Positions 1 to 13,899 of a stretch of DNA of 64,000 nt are shown here, piece by piece. Location: NCBI GenBank assembly GCA_964187785.1, contig OZ076413.1, positions 66,898,001 to 66,962,000 of the forward strand. Reading direction: 5' to 3'. Below the pieces are notes generated by a model. It searched no databases. It was not told the origin of the DNA and saw nothing but the letters and a program-made list of their open reading frames with translations. The position numbers were made by a program, and so were the translations under genes. The stretch is from Amphiscolops sp. MND2022 (taxonomy: Eukaryota). How positions within the stretch are numbered: the first letter of the stretch is position 1; each line of letters opens with the position of its first letter.

Positions 1-3000
1 CAAAAAGTCAAAAATTGTAGATTTTTGCTTTTCGACAACTTTGCGGTCATTTGAGGAACTTTTATTAGAAACTGTAGATAGATGTCCTTTCAAAAACGTT
101 TTCTGGATAACGGGTCCACTAATTCTTGAATTACAAAATTGCTCGAAACGTTTACATGAACGTATATCAACATTTCAGAAACAAAAAAGCGGATTTTCGC
201 TAAAGTTCAAATCATTCTGACGAACTTTTTGCTTACACAATTGTAGGTTTTTTTGGACATTCTGCATGCCTTTTCAAAAATTTAGGACTTTTAGAAAATT
301 ACGAAATTTTGGTAACTTTCATTAGAAATTCACTAATTTGTCAATAACTGCCAAAACTTTTTTCGACTATTTTGGGGTCATTTTGAGGCTTTTTTCTAAC
401 GTGAAACTGCCATTCACCTGCAAAAAACCTACTGAACAATGCATTCGTTCGCTTTTGAGGGTTTTTTTCTTTCAACGATGGAAACTTCTAAAAAAATTCG
501 GAACTTTGCATAAGAAACGTTGAGTTTAGACTTTTTATATCGGAGTAATCAGGGCCACTTTTGAAGTACTTTTGAAGCTAAATAATGCAGCTCTCTTCAA
601 AATAGCATACTGCATAGGTAGTTCCATCGTTTCTGAGTGTTTTGAACCTTCTTGGTAACAGAAACTTTCAAAAATTGAACACAAAGTGCAGGAAAAACGA
701 CAAACCTAAAAAATTTCTTGGGTAAAACACTAATTTTCTCATCAGAAAAGAAACTACATACTTGTTTTCATCACTTTGGAATGTTTTGAACCATCTAACT
801 CACCAAAATTTTCAAAAATGATACTCAAATAACATTAAGAGCCTACATAAACTGGAATTTTTATGACTTTTCGTCAATTTTTGTGTCAAATGGAAGCTTG
901 ATTTTTCATGGGAAACTGGCACAAATCCCATCAAAAAGCCTACAGGAGATCGCCTTCAGGTGTTGTTCAACCGTTTCAGAGTTTTAATTCATGAAAAAGT
1001 TGGAGTTTTTACAAAAGTTGCGTTGGAAAATACAAAAAAGTAAAAAAAAGTAAGATTTGTTGACTATTTCGTGGTCCTTGTTGCAACTTTTTTTACACAA
1101 CTGCATTTTTCTCTGCAAACAACCCTATTGGACTACGAACTCATTCGCTGTTGATCGTATTCAACGTCTTGATCCACGAAATCTCTAGAAATTTGCCAAA
1201 AGTTGCATAAAAAGGTGAAAAATTGGTACATTTTAAAGTTTTCGTCATGTTTGGTCGCAAATTGTGCGTTTTTTTCAGTAGAAAACTTTGTCTACTTCTT
1301 GAAAAAAGCCTCTCTGACAACGAATTTGTTCCTTGTTGAACGTCTTTAATTTTCTAAGCCACCAAGTTTTTCGAAAAACCACAAAAACTGCATTAAATTT
1401 TCAAAAACGTGAGTTTTTTGGTATTTTTGTCAATTTCGGTCTGAATTGATGCATTTTTCCAAAACAAATTGCTTTTACCTCTTCAAAAAAGCCCGCGGAC
1501 AACAAATTGTTTCCTTGTTAAACGTCTGTGGGATTCTAAGCCACTAAGTCTTTAGAAAAGTACACAAAAATTGAATAAAATTTTCAAAACTCTGAACTTT
1601 TTAGTTTTTTTTTGTCAATTTTGGTGTGAATTTGAAGCATTTTCCAGCACAAATTGCTTTTACCTCTTCAAAGAAGACTACCGGACAACGATTTTTTCCT
1701 TGTTGAACGTCTTTGACTTTCTAAGCCACCAAGTCTTTCGAAAAATAGACAAAAATTGCATGAAAATTTCAAAAATCTGTCAGTGAAGTTTCTGGGGTTT
1801 TTGTCATTTTCGGTCTGAATTTGAGGCATTTTTACAAATCAAATTGCATTTCTAACTTTGACGACACCTCTTGGACAACACAAATTTTCCTTGTTGAATG
1901 TTTTTAACTTTCTAAGCTAGCAAGTGTATCAAAAATTTGACAAAAATTGCAAAAAAACGGTAGTAATCCGAACTTTTTGGATGTTTTTTCATTTTCGATC
2001 GCCATTTGAGGCCTTTTTTCATTATAAAGTTGCATTTGTTTCTTTGAATAAGCCTCCTGGATATCAAAATTTTTCTCTTTCAACATTCAAAGCCACGAAA
2101 TCTATCGAAAATTTGACAAAAATTGCATAAAAACGGTAACAAACTGAAAATTTTGCAGTTTTTACTATTTTCGGGTCATTGTTGGGTCATTCTGGGGTAT
2201 TCGGGGTCAGCCAAAAAAGTCCAAGAATCTCCACAAACACATACCGCGTGAAACTAATTTTACATCAGCTGATTTCTATGGGTGAAACCCTTTAGCTTTG
2301 ATATAAATAATTCGTGGCAAATTTTGTCAAAAAAACCCTTTAGCTTTGATATAAATAATTCTTGGCAAATTTTGTCAAAAAATTGCATAAAATTTTCAAA
2401 AATCTGAATTTTCAAGTATTTTTGTCAATTTCGGTCTGAATTTGATGCTTTTTTCTTGCAGAAATTGTTCTTATATCTTCAAAGAAGCCTCTCGGGCAAC
2501 TAATTTTTTCCTTTTGAATGTCTTTGACATTCTAAGCCACCAAGTCATTCGGAAAATAGACAAAAATTGCATGAAGTTTTCAAAAATCTGTCAGTGAAGT
2601 TTCTGGAGTTTTTGTCATTTTCGGTCTGAATTTGAGGCATTTTTACAAATCAAATTGCATTTCTAACTTTGACGACACCTCTTGGACAACACAAATTTTC
2701 CTTGTTGAATGTTTTTAACTTTCTAAGCTAGCAAGTGTATCAAAAATTTGACAAAAATTGCAAAAAAAACGGTAGTAATCCGAACTTTTTGGATGTTTTT
2801 TCATTTTCGATCGCCATTTGAGGCCTTTTTTCATTATAAAGTTGCATTTGTTTCTTTGAATAAGCCTCCTGGATATCAAAATTTTTCTCTTTCAACATTC
2901 AAAGCCACGAAATCTATCGAAAATTTGACAAAAATTGCATAAAAACGGTAACAAACTGAAAATTTTGCAGTTTTTACTATTTTCGGGTCATTGTTGGGTC

Positions 3001-3160
3001 ATTCTGGGGTATTCGGGGTCAGCCAAAAAAGTCCAAGAATCTCCACAAACACATACCGCGTGAAACTAATTTTACATCAGCTGATTTCTATGGGTGAAAC
3101 CCTCTAGGTTTGATATAAATAATTCTTGGCAAATTTTGTCAAAAAAACCGTTTGATTTAA
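1..3160. repeat. Degenerate ~185-bp tandem (satellite-like) array rich in A/T tracts, including a near-identical 811-bp-offset duplication
   Basis: Anchor motif TCTAAGCCAC-like recurs at about 1168, 1354, 1535, 1720, 1911 and 2088 (spacing 177-190 bp). 1710-2330 is repeated almost exactly at 2521-3140. The ORFs here are repeat translations. Confidence 0.7.
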
Positions 3161-3899
3161 ATATTTTCCTTTTCCATATGAAATATGGACGGAAAATATT
3201 AAGGGTTTATCAAATGACGATATAAAGTTACATGTCAACATACGTAAATATGTCAACTTATTAAACCTCAGAAGGACGAAAAGAGCTTTTCAGATCGACA
3301 TTCAAATTTTTGTCATAGGGAAAATCAGAAAGACAAGAAGTAAATACTGAAGACTTCAAAATTGTTCGAGATATAGCTAGTGATTTTAATCGGCGCCTTT
3401 TGAGCTTTATAAAATTGACAAAAAGGTTGAAAAAGAAGTTTACGTTTTCGAGTAAAATTTTTATCTGGAAATTATTTCTATATCCTATTTTTCTATAAAT
3501 AACACTATCCGAAGCAATGTATTTCAATTCTGAGCCTATGGAATTTGTAAGTAAAGGAAACAATTGTAGACGGTCCAAAAATGGGACTATGTTGTCAAAA
3601 CGTTAGAAAAAGTGGAATTTTTGACACCTTTGCTGTCAACTTCGAAAAACTTTAGCACAGATTCTTACCCAAATTACGTTTTGAATACCCTATCGTGTTA
3701 ACGTTCAGTCCAATGGAAGTTCTTTTGCTTGGAACAGTTTTGGCATGAACAAAAATGAGGACTAAATTGATAGAAAAATCGTGCCTTTTGGTTGTTTTGG
3801 ATTCTGCGGAGTTTTTGATACCAAGCTTAGTTGTTGCTGAGTTTTTCAAACCATTGTAATCAGGAAATTGATCAAAATTATGCAAAATGAACTGCCTAA

Positions 3900-4990
3900 A
3901 AATCAAGAACATGAAAATTCAGAGTTTTTTTGCATTTTTGGGTCGTTGCAAAACGCACTTTTGGAGTAACGTTCTGCCATGAAAATTTCAAATTTCTCTT
4001 TTTAAAACGTGCTTCGAACCTAGTTCTATTAGCTGGAACTTTTCGAAGCTTCTATCCTACCAACATTAATATCCATTAATATCAATTAAAATTTATACTT
4101 ACCAATAATAAGAACTTAACTCAAAATGTAAATGAACGGCAACTAGTTTGACATTTTCAACTTTTTGCCGTCAATATTGAAGCATTTTGAGAAGTCTGCG
4201 AGTATGTTTTCTGAAAATCCCACCGCATAACAATTTCCAGCGTTGTTGAACGGTTTCAACATTCTGACTCCAAGACATTTCAAAAATTACAAATACGTTG
4301 CGTAAAAACGTGAATATGTTGAAATCCTAAAAAAGGCGTACTGCATAGCTAATTATTTCATTTCTGAACATTTTGGAATCTCTCGTAACTTGTACAGAAA
4401 GTGCATGAAAAGAGCCAAAAACTCCAAAATTTTGGTTTTCTTTGACATTTCTAGGTTAATTTTTGGCATTTTTCTCTTACAAACTATATTTACCTCTTGA
4501 GGAAAGCCTTCTGGACAACGAATTCTTACCTTGTTTAACAGTTTTAACATTCTGATCCACGATGTCTGACAATTTGACAAAAAATGGTAAAAATTGGAAG
4601 AACAGTTGTCTTTTGTTTTGCGAAGTCAATTCGACATTTTTTCATTTGAAACGCTGCATTTTTCTAGTTAGCCCTACTGGACAACAAATTCTTCCCTTGT
4701 TGACCCTTTCAATATTCTAATCGACGAAGTCTGTCAAAATTGCCCTAAACGATAAAAATTGGGAAACGTTGGAATTTTTGTTATTCTTGGGTGTAGTTTG
4801 GGTCATCTGGGTCACTTTTGTCATACCCAAAAAGTCCGAAAATCTCAACAAATACATATCGCACGAAGCAAAATTTATGTGGGTTGAATTCTTTGGGTGA
4901 CACCCTTCACTTTGAATATAAATTTGGAACATGGCATGTTTTGTAAAAAAAGCGGCTGATTCAACTATTTTTTTTCCAACGTGGATTATA
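3900..4990. repeat. Second block of the same degenerate A/T-tract repeat family
   Basis: Same motifs (GGACAAC..ATT..CCTTGTT, CATTCTGATCCAC) and the same terminal module (CCAAAAAGTCC..AATCTC..GGGTGACACCC) as at 2170-2330 and 2985-3140. Confidence 0.55.
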
Positions 4991-5723
4991 GGCGGAAAAT
5001 GATAATTGAAAATTGGTATCTTTTCGTGAACGCTGCTAATTCAAGCCAATACGAAGAATTTGCTGACTACGAATTTTCTGGCGACTAAATCTTTGCCTCC
5101 CAATTCAACATAAAAGGCGTGAAAACCAACCACTTCGAAGACGGATTCAAACAACTGATCTGTAGGTTCACAGTCACGGCAAAAAAGTAGGAAACCAACA
5201 GTCCATGTTAAAATCGGTGTCAATTAGCTTGAAATAGTCACCGCAGTATTTCTAAACTTCTGTCAACTGAGTTTTTTTGCATAGTGAACTTTGCGCCAAG
5301 AATCTTGCTCGGAGTCTCATCAAGACTCAAAAATTAACTGGTAAAACATTACTGTTTACAATTTATTTGCAACTGTTCGCATTAGCAGCTAGCTGTTCAT
5401 TAATTCAAGCATTCTCTGTAGGATATCAATAGTTCAAAACAGGACGTGATTGGTAGCAGATCCAACCTAAATTGAATTTGTTTGTTCGTTTTCATTCAAC
5501 TTCAATCAGCGCTTCTTGGAAAAGAGTAACACTGTTGGTGACATTTTGTTTCCTCGGCTCTTTCTGTGGGGGCAACTTTTTCTAAATTTCGAAGCCTTCT
5601 TTGTGACACAGAGGGTCCTCCATGGTAAACCTTTTCACAACGTGACATTTTCCAGACTTCTCAGTTTTTGAGCCTTAATCGGGCCCCTAGAGACGTTCAC
5701 GTTTTATTACTTTTTCCCCCGAA

Positions 5724-6450
5724 ATGAATATCAGCAATATTTTTATTCACTGGTACTTGCTCAACTATAACCTGAAAACTACTTTGGAAGTTTGGGATAT
5801 TAAAGCTTGCCATTTCCTAGGGGATCCACTTGATCAATTAAAAACTGCTCCAGTTATCGTTAAGTTTGTGTATTTTCGACATAAAGACATCGTGTGGCTG
5901 AACAAGAAGTTATTGAGACGTTATCGCAATCCCAACAATAATGAACCAGTCTTCATCAACGAAAGACTGCCTCCGCACGATAGAGCCCTCCAGAAATATG
6001 CAGTTTCAAAAAATCTCATGACAGTTACCAACAATTGTGCAGTGAACGTGCTGGTAGATGCCGGGAATGGGCAAAAACAACATTGAAGTGAGAAGCACGA
6101 AACAAATCGACGATCTGGCTGACAAGGCGATCAAAAAACGTTCAAAGGCTAAGTCTTCCATGGCCTACGACCGCAAAATCCAAAACCCTCCTCCAACCCT
6201 TTTGTTCAAAGGAGTTCAACGAATGCCAAAAAGACCTCTGGAAAATATTGACCCGCCAATGTCTCGAGAAGAACTTTATGAAAAAATTCGTCCTTGTGAA
6301 GACAACATTGAGCTAGATAGCTTATTGGACCATCTTTACAGCAAATCACCAGTGAATAAAAACAATCTGGATCCCCAAGAAACGCCGATTGCAACTGGTA
6401 GTTTTCGGAATAACAACGAACTCTTACCCTCGAATGAATCAGACCATTAA
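5724..6450 (+). pseudogene. LINE ORF1, frameshifted near 6070
   Basis: Aligns motif-wise to the intact ORF1 at 32128-33114 (KACHPLG, VIAKFIYF, VYISEHL). Confidence 0.75.
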
Positions 6451-9260
6451 TTTACTTAATGAGGGCAGCCAATTTAGTAAACTGAACGTCCTGAATGCTA
6501 ACGTGAGATGCTTAAACAGCCATTTCGTTGAACTCGAAGCCTTCTTGGCGAATGAGAATATAAAACTTAGTATCATTGGTGCAACTGAAACATGGCTTAA
6601 TGATAGCAGTGATCTGAAGAAATTTGATCTCAAAGGTTATCATGAATTGATAGCTTGTAACCGCTCATTCGGTGAAAGAGGCGGCGTAGCTTTGTGGTTA
6701 GACAAAAACTTCAGCTATCGTGTCGCACTGAATGACATAGTTCGTGTATGGCTTCTTGTTGAAATTTTATCTCCTATTAAACTATTTGTTGGCGTAACAT
6801 ACAGATGTCATTTGAAAATCAAAGAACCTAAGTATCTAGAATGGTTGGCCGAAGAGTGCCTAAGAGTCTGCGAAAATGGCAGGAATATAATAATCATGGG
6901 CGATTTTAACATAGATCTTCTGGAACAAACGAAATACTCCATCGAATTGTTGGATATCATGTCGAGTCATGCTCTGAAATTATGCAGTCCTCTTGATATC
7001 ACAAGACAGCAAAGAGATTCCAAGTCTTGCATAGATCATATTTACAGTAATTTACCAATGTCGACGAGAAAAGTCTATCATTCTACTATAACTGATCACT
7101 TTTTCGTTTGGACCAGATTTGAGACTGTTTTATTGCTTCCAAAAAACACGTGTTCGTATAGAAATTACAAGAACATTGAATGCCAACAACGCGAATACTT
7201 CTTCCTGCTAAATTACCTTTGTTGTCAAACCAATTGGGAATTGGTCAATCTTGAAGATGGTTTCAATAAATTGATACAAAGTGTCCTTACGGCTGCTGAC
7301 AAAGTCGCACCTGGAAAAACAATAGTGATCAATACTAAACCCTGGTTAGATAATAAAAGCAAAAGACTTATTAATAAACGTGATTAGCTCTATCTTGAGT
7401 ATTGCCGCAGCAATAATGACGAAATTAAACGCGACACCTTTGTACATTACAGAAATCATGTTAAAACGCACCTCAAAAACCGAAAAAAGGAATTCGTTCA
7501 GTCATCTTTCCCAGAAAGTGCGCATGATAGCAAAAGTTTTCATAGAAACCTCAATAAAGTTATTGGTAAAATGCAAAGACCCATTTTTCCAACAATCATG
7601 AGTCAGGCCAACGTTGACAGTTTCAATGACTTTTTTTGTTAACATCGGTCCAGCTCTCCATAATACCATTCAATCAAACACTCGGATCTCAAACATCCCT
7701 TGTCATTTACAATTTATGTTTCTGCGACAAACAGATGAGCTTGAAATCAAGAAGGTATTGAATGAAATGAAAGGTAAAACATCATCCGGTCCTGATGGTG
7801 TAAGCTCCTTGCTCTTGAAAATGAGCACAAATTCGTTGATTGGACCTTTGACCATTCTCATAAATCGCTGTTTACAGCAGGGTTGCTTCCCCGATCTCCT
7901 AAAAGTAGCTAAGGTGGTTCCCATCTATAAAGAGGGCAATAAAGAAGATTTCTCTAATTACCGCCCAATTTCTTTGTTACCAGTTTTCGGTAAAGTATTG
8001 GAACGCATAATTTACACGAGAATGATGAAATTCATCGATAAATTCAAAATCCTTAACGATAGTCAATTCGGTTTTCGTAAAAAACGCAAAACCATCGACG
8101 CTCGAGCTTGTGTGGTCGAAGAAGTGAGACACGCTAAGTTTTTGAAACTTCCTTCTGTCTGCGTTTTCCTTGATTTGAGAAAAGCATTTGACACTCTTGA
8201 CCATAAGATCCTGTTTGATAAACTCCATCGATATGGTTTTCGGGGACCTATCTTCTCCCTATTGTCTTCCTTCCTACAGAATCGCTATCAGTTTCTACAA
8301 GTTGAGAACCATAAATCTTCTTTACGATCGGTAGCTTGTGGTGTTCCACAAGGGTCAGTTCTTGGACCTCTGCTATTTCTCCTCTACATCAATGATCTAC
8401 CTGATGTCGCGAACTCTAATATTACATTATTTGCAGACGACACAAATATTTTTGAAAAAGTAGTAAACGGCAACCAAGATACACTGACAGAAACCCTCTC
8501 AAAAGTCGACAATTGGATGAAGTCTAATAAGCTGAAATGCAACCTGGACAAATCGAAAGCCATAATCTTTAACAAGTCATCAGAATCTGATTTGCACTTG
8601 GGCTCACTGGTGATTGAAATGAAGCACAATCTGAAGTATTTGGGTGTTATTATTGACGATTCTCTCTGCTTCAAAGATAATGTAGCTAAAATCAAACAGA
8701 AGTTGAACTTTTGCCATCATACTGTTAGGCGTTGTCGCGATCTTCTGACCGAATCTCAGTTACTGGTTTACTATAAATTACATGTGAATCCACTCATCCA
8801 ATATGGTGTTCTGATATACGGCTGTACGTCTTTTTCCATTCTCAGCCCTATATATCCATTACAATAGAAAATTTTGCGAACTATGTTCTTCCTTGAGAAA
8901 TTTGCAAGCGTTGACTCTCTAATGATAAAAAATGAACTTCCTACTGTTCATGAATTCCATGTCAAAGAACTGTTCAAGTTCATAGTGGCCTCGCTATCAA
9001 CTGGTCATCCTGTCCAACTCCTCAACGAAATCCTCAAACCTGTATCCCAAAGCGATTACTACTTGAGGAATAAGAAACTCGAGCTCGCGATCGAATCGTC
9101 TCCTACAATAAAATGTATCGACAGTCGCTCTCAATACGTGTCCCTAGGCTTTATAACAAACTTAAGCATTGGTGTGTTTTACCGGAAAATGATGACCTCG
9201 GAAACTTGTCTGAAGACGCGCTCAAAGTGTTGTGTCATAGGTTCCTCAGAAGCTATTTAA
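6389..9260 (+). pseudogene. LINE ORF2 (APE endonuclease + reverse transcriptase), disrupted by stops and frameshifts; likely ATG at 6432
   Basis: APE motifs NANVRCL, GATETW, GGVA, MGDFNID, IDHIY, TDH. RT motifs NYRPISLL, QFGFR, FLDLRKAFD, GVPQGSVLGP, LFADDT, YLGV. Stops at 7385 and 8865. Confidence 0.9.
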
Positions 9261-10914
9261 TCGGGAATATGGAGCTTGTCAGGTTCGTTTATGAACTTCA
9301 GTGAAGCTTTCCCTGCTAACAGTGAATGTGAAGCTGGAAAGCCAAGCAATGAAGTCCCCAAAGTGGACTCAAACAAAGCCTCTTCTCTGCTGTGCTCAGG
9401 AGCTTGGAACCTTTTTGATCATATGATTGCCTACCTACAAGCTAAAGGATTTTTCTTTAATGTCCTTCACGTTTATTCAGTTTACTTCTTGGCTATCCTC
9501 TTTTAATGCTTTAATTGACCGTGTTATCATCATTCTCCGCCTTATATTTATTGTAGTTTTCTCATTTTTTGAAAAGAATGCATTAGTGGCATATTCATGG
9601 GTTAACCCATGAGTATCCCACTAAATGCCGATGCTTCCCCCTGCATGGTCTCAGTTAGACGGTCCATGTCCTCTATGTAAGCCTCACTGAGGTTTACATG
9701 GTACATTCCGCTGTAAGTAGAGGGGGTTGCATCGGCAAATTTCACCAAAATGATGTATTAAGTCGCTCTGAGTTCGAATTTTTTCACCTTTTTTTGACGC
9801 TTTTCCCGAAATAACTCTGTACGTTTTAGTTGGTTGGGAGTTGAATCGCTTTAGATACTAGGGCTTAGCTCGTCCACTGCAAATGTCAAGTACTGAAGGT
9901 ATTTTTCTGTTCTCTTTCCGATACTTTTCTTCCGTCTCGTTTTTTTTTCATTGTTGTCTTAGAATTTTCTCATTTGACTATAGGTTTAGTCAGTATGATT
10001 AATCATGTTAATCATACACTGTTGTTTTTAATTCGCTAAGGCTCCTTTCCAGCGGGCGTAAACCCTTTGGGAGTCTTTTCTGGTGTATTTTTATTGTAAC
10101 TTGATTTGACATTTGTATGCCAATTATGTATCACCAGATAAATTCAATTATTATTATTCATAGCTATTAATCTAAAATTTTGGTTGCTCCTGTGTGGTTT
10201 GCCGTTCAAAGAAAGTACTTTGCAACATATAATTGTCATTACTTGAATCCTTGGAAAACAGAACCTGATGAAAAAAGTAAGAGAATGGCTCATTATTTTA
10301 TAAAGCGCCGAAATCTTTCGTCAAGATTTAATGTCTACTTAGTAACGTCAGTAACATAACTAAGACGCGGTTGACTCATCCAATGATTCTAGAAGATTCA
10401 CTTAGACTATCACGGAGTAAAATGAATTTCATACCAAAAATTCAATTGCACATTCATTATCAGTAGAAAAAGTAATTGACGCTGTAAGTAGCAAACAAAA
10501 GCATTTCAAATTTAGTTAAAAAGCAAATATTCCAGTGAAAAATTCTATCAAAAACTGGCAAGCAAAAAGCAAAACAATAAAAAGCATTAATTACAATTTA
10601 TATTAATTTATAGATAGAATAAAAGACATTACCAGAAGCAATGGTGACGGTCAAAAAACTGAACATTTTTAGACCCTAAAAACATTGGCGCTTTCAATCC
10701 TTCAATGGTATGTTGTGTATGTATCTAGTTTCGCTGTGAAAGTAGCAAGTGGAAAACCATGAAAGACAATTTCGAAAGACAAACTCGTGGAAAATTTAGA
10801 CGCTGCGCTTATGATGATGCGAACCAACATCGGAGTGCATACACTGCTAAACTTTTACCAGGTGAACCAAAAAACGGAACGCACAAAATATTCACTCTCC
10901 AAAATCGTAATGGT

Positions 10915-11630
10915 TTAAGGACATTTCATCCTATGCAATTTCAACGGTTACATGTCAAAATTTCCTAAGTTAATCTCCTAGACCTAAATCTGCTAGGTCA
11001 AAATCTCCTAAAATTAGAATAAAAGAAACTCATCGAAAAACAACTCGCCAACTTAATTGAAGCGGAAATTGGTGGTCGTTTTAATTACCTTCACTCATTA
11101 GTCAATTATGTAATAATCTTTCAATAATCACTGTCTCAGCTATTAATGCTTAATCAAAATTACTTCCACACTATGAAATTGAATTTAGGATATTTAGGTC
11201 TAAGAGATTTTAGATTAGATTTTAACTGAGATTTTGACCTGATACCATTTCAACCGCTCACAATTTCAACCTATTGCATTTTCAACCTTCCGCAATTTCG
11301 ACCTAAACTAATTTTGGCTAATGGATCGTAATTAGTTATAATTTGTTTAGATGGTGGTTTTCATTTCATACATTTATTTCATCATTTCTAAATTCAAATG
11401 TGCTAATTTCTACGCCAATTTTGATACGTTTTGGATTCTTCCTTCAAAAATAAATACCATTAATTAAAGCTGTTTGATTCATTACTAACTATTGTACTGA
11501 AATAATAACTCAACCGGATTAGGAGTTATTAGCCAAAATTAGTATAGGTCGAAATTGCGGAAGGTTGGAAATTGTCAACAATTGAAATGGTAAACGGTTG
11601 AAATTGCATAGGACGAAAAGTCATATAAAC
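10915..11630. mobile_element. Non-autonomous TIR element (MITE/foldback-like) with internal short repeats
   Basis: 10921-10955 (ACATTTCATCCTATGCAATTTCAACGGTTTAC) is the inverse of 11590-11620. An inner inverted pair sits at 11288-11322 / 11528-11564. CAATTTCAACC-type motifs are repeated. Confidence 0.6.
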
Positions 11631-12053
11631 ATCGTAATATTTTTAGGCAAGACACTGAAAATCTCTCACTTTTTCTGTCAATCATTCTCTCATTACGTAA
11701 TTAAATCTTCAAAGAATGATCCTAAATTTTAGAAAATAGTCTAGACGTCTTTACCAGTCATTTCGTCCATGCTTTGGATGTGTGAAAGTTTCTTGGCTTC
11801 GTAGAAAAGTTGTCAAATTGAATGACTGACAAGCTGAATAACAATGTTCAGCGTTGCTTTGAAACATTTGCTGACAAATATTTGAAACATTAAGAGCTCG
11901 AACATTTTCATGCGTTCAGTTTTTTGATTCACCTAGTGTAAAAAGAAGGCAGCACATTTTTCATCGTCACAAACGTGAAGAAATTCCGTTAGAAGTTTTC
12001 AAGCATTGCATTTCCGGTTGGAGAGCATGATTGTAGCAAAAGCCTTCGCATTT

Positions 12054-12234
12054 TCAGGCGGCGGAAGCAGAATTGATGAGATCGGAGGCTATTTTGAGCA
12101 GTTCTTGATCGTCGCCGGTTGTGTCGTCGTCATCTGACTTGAATTTGCGACTGGTTTCGACCACAGTCGATGATTCAGTCTCCTCGCCATCTCTGATCAC
12201 CGTTCGTTTGATAACCTCTTTCTTCAGTACAACT
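12054..12234 (-). CDS. Host gene exon 6 (terminal coding exon): RVVLKKEVIKRTVIRDGEETESSTVVETSRKFKSDDDDTTGDDQELLKIASDLINSASAA*
   Basis: Acceptor TGTGTTGTTTGGTTGCAG. Phase 2, matching the donor at 21951. 181 nt = 1 + 60 codons including TGA. GC-rich relative to the flanks. Confidence 0.75.
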
Positions 12235-12468
12235 CTGCAACCAAACAACACAACTTGGCGACGGCTATTCTCAGTTGTGTATTATCAGGCTGAACCAAGG
12301 CTTTTAACCTTATTTTTGCTTTTTTGTAAGAAAAATATCAAAAAGTCCGGATAATGTTTTGCTGCAAGTGTCGGAACACTTTAGATACAATCCTCTAAGT
12401 ATTTAAGCTATATCAGTTTCTTCCGTTTGCACAGCAAGTTTTTTCAAGCATAAAAGTTGTTGTGAAAA

Positions 12469-13133
12469 AACATTATAGATGCCCTGTAAAATGACACTAT
12501 CTTTGAATAAGAGCTTGATTACCAGAAAACTCAACACAGAAAACTCAACACATTTTAAGTATTTAATAATCGTGATATATATTATACATCTATATTCCTT
12601 GTTCATACGGCTCATAATTTATGCATTTTTTCTAAAGTATTCGTGTTTGCGTTTAAACTTTTTCTATCGTTTTGTTTCATGGTTTGGGCCAAAGTTAACA
12701 ACGTTTCAACGTGAAAAACAGCTTAATATAGGAAAGAATCGCAATCATGACTAGGTGTAAAGGAAATTATACGTCTTTACATGTTTTTAAAATGAGTCGC
12801 CATTGTGACTAAGTGTAAACGGAAATAATACGGATTTAACAATTAGTTAGATTTCGGAAAATAAACTCAATTGAGGTGTTAACCAAAATTAATTGAATGT
12901 GTTGAAATGTGTTGAGTTTTCTGTGTTGAGTTTTCTGGTGTTGAGTTTTCTGTTTTTTACTTTGTGTTGAGTTTTCTGTGTTGAGTTTTCTTGTGTTGAG
13001 TTTTCATGTGTTGAGTTTTCATGTGTTGAGTTTTCATGTGTTGAGTTTTCCGTACCCCAAGAGCTTGATGGACCATGTTCCTTATAAGCTCTTATTCAAA
13101 GATAGTGTCATTTTACAGGGCATCTATAATGTT
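12469..13133. mobile_element. Small palindromic MITE-like element (48-bp perfect inverted repeats) split by an insertion
   Basis: 12469-12516 is the exact reverse complement of 13086-13133. Confidence 0.7.
12520..13058. mobile_element. Foldback/Mutator-like non-autonomous element with minisatellite-containing inverted termini
   Basis: GAAAACTCAACAC repeats at the left, many GTGTTGAGTTTTC repeats at the right ending CGTACCCC. Flanked by the 11-bp direct repeat AAGAGCTTGAT (12509-12519, 13059-13069). Confidence 0.6.
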
Positions 13134-13899
13134 CTCGGAAGGGTAGAGGCCTTAATCAACACAGTAAGTATTGAGGTTAAAAAGATGAAAGCTACCGCTC
13201 GTGTTCTTACACAGATAGTTTGAATTTTATTCAGTAACATCTTTATTACAAACCAAAATAAAGTCGAAAACCAATACCTTTTGATGAACCTAAATTCTGG
13301 AAAGAGTGAGTCGAATATTCGCATAAATATGAACAAAATTCAGAACCCGAAGAGGCCGTCACAAAATACACTTCAAGAAACGACGCTTTCAATCTTTCAG
13401 ACGCTTTTCCAACAACGGGCACACTGAGATAATTTTCATTACAAGATTATGAAAATAAACCTTCTTGAACAGGACATTTCAGACGAAAGAACTCGAATGC
13501 AATGTATGATAAGGCATAATGTTCAATTTTGAGACGACCCATATATAACTATAGTCTTTCTTCGAATTTTCTGTAAGCAAAACATTATAGTCATTAGTGA
13601 ATGGAGTAGTTTGTCAATGATACAAAAATGCAAAACTGGGTCTGAGAGGCATGTAAAGGTGAGGAAATTGCAGGACTTAGTGCAGAGATGACCCTATAAT
13701 CATTCAATATAGAATTTATTATAGCTTTTGCTATATATTAAAAATGAATAGAATTCTATTGTGAATCCAATTTTGATCAATCGCATGAATATAGCTTCAA
13801 TCCTTGCGCCCATTTGGGTAGTCAGCTAAAAAGAAAGCTGAAATTTTTTTGAAAAATTGAATTTTTTTGAAAAAAAAAACGAAACGTTGAAGACTATGA

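Larger units (their letters stand above)
5720..10158 (+). mobile_element. CR1/L2-group (Crack/Daphne-like) LINE, decayed; 5' boundary approximate
   Basis: ORF1 (RRM-like KACHFLG..VIVKF..VFINERL), APE endonuclease, RT and a long 3' UTR ending ACCAGATAAATTCAATTATTATTATT. Confidence 0.85.

Noticed and set aside
338-4932. Short Phe/Lys-rich ORFs
   Set aside because: Chance frames in A/T-tract repeats, duplicated along with the repeat.
5041-5223. Small secreted-looking ORF (minus) or coding relic (plus)
   Set aside because: No recognisable motif or convincing splice sites; the plus frame has stops.
12900-13050. CRISPR-like repeat array
   Set aside because: 13-15-bp repeats are contiguous with no unique spacers; it is a minisatellite in a eukaryotic TIR element.
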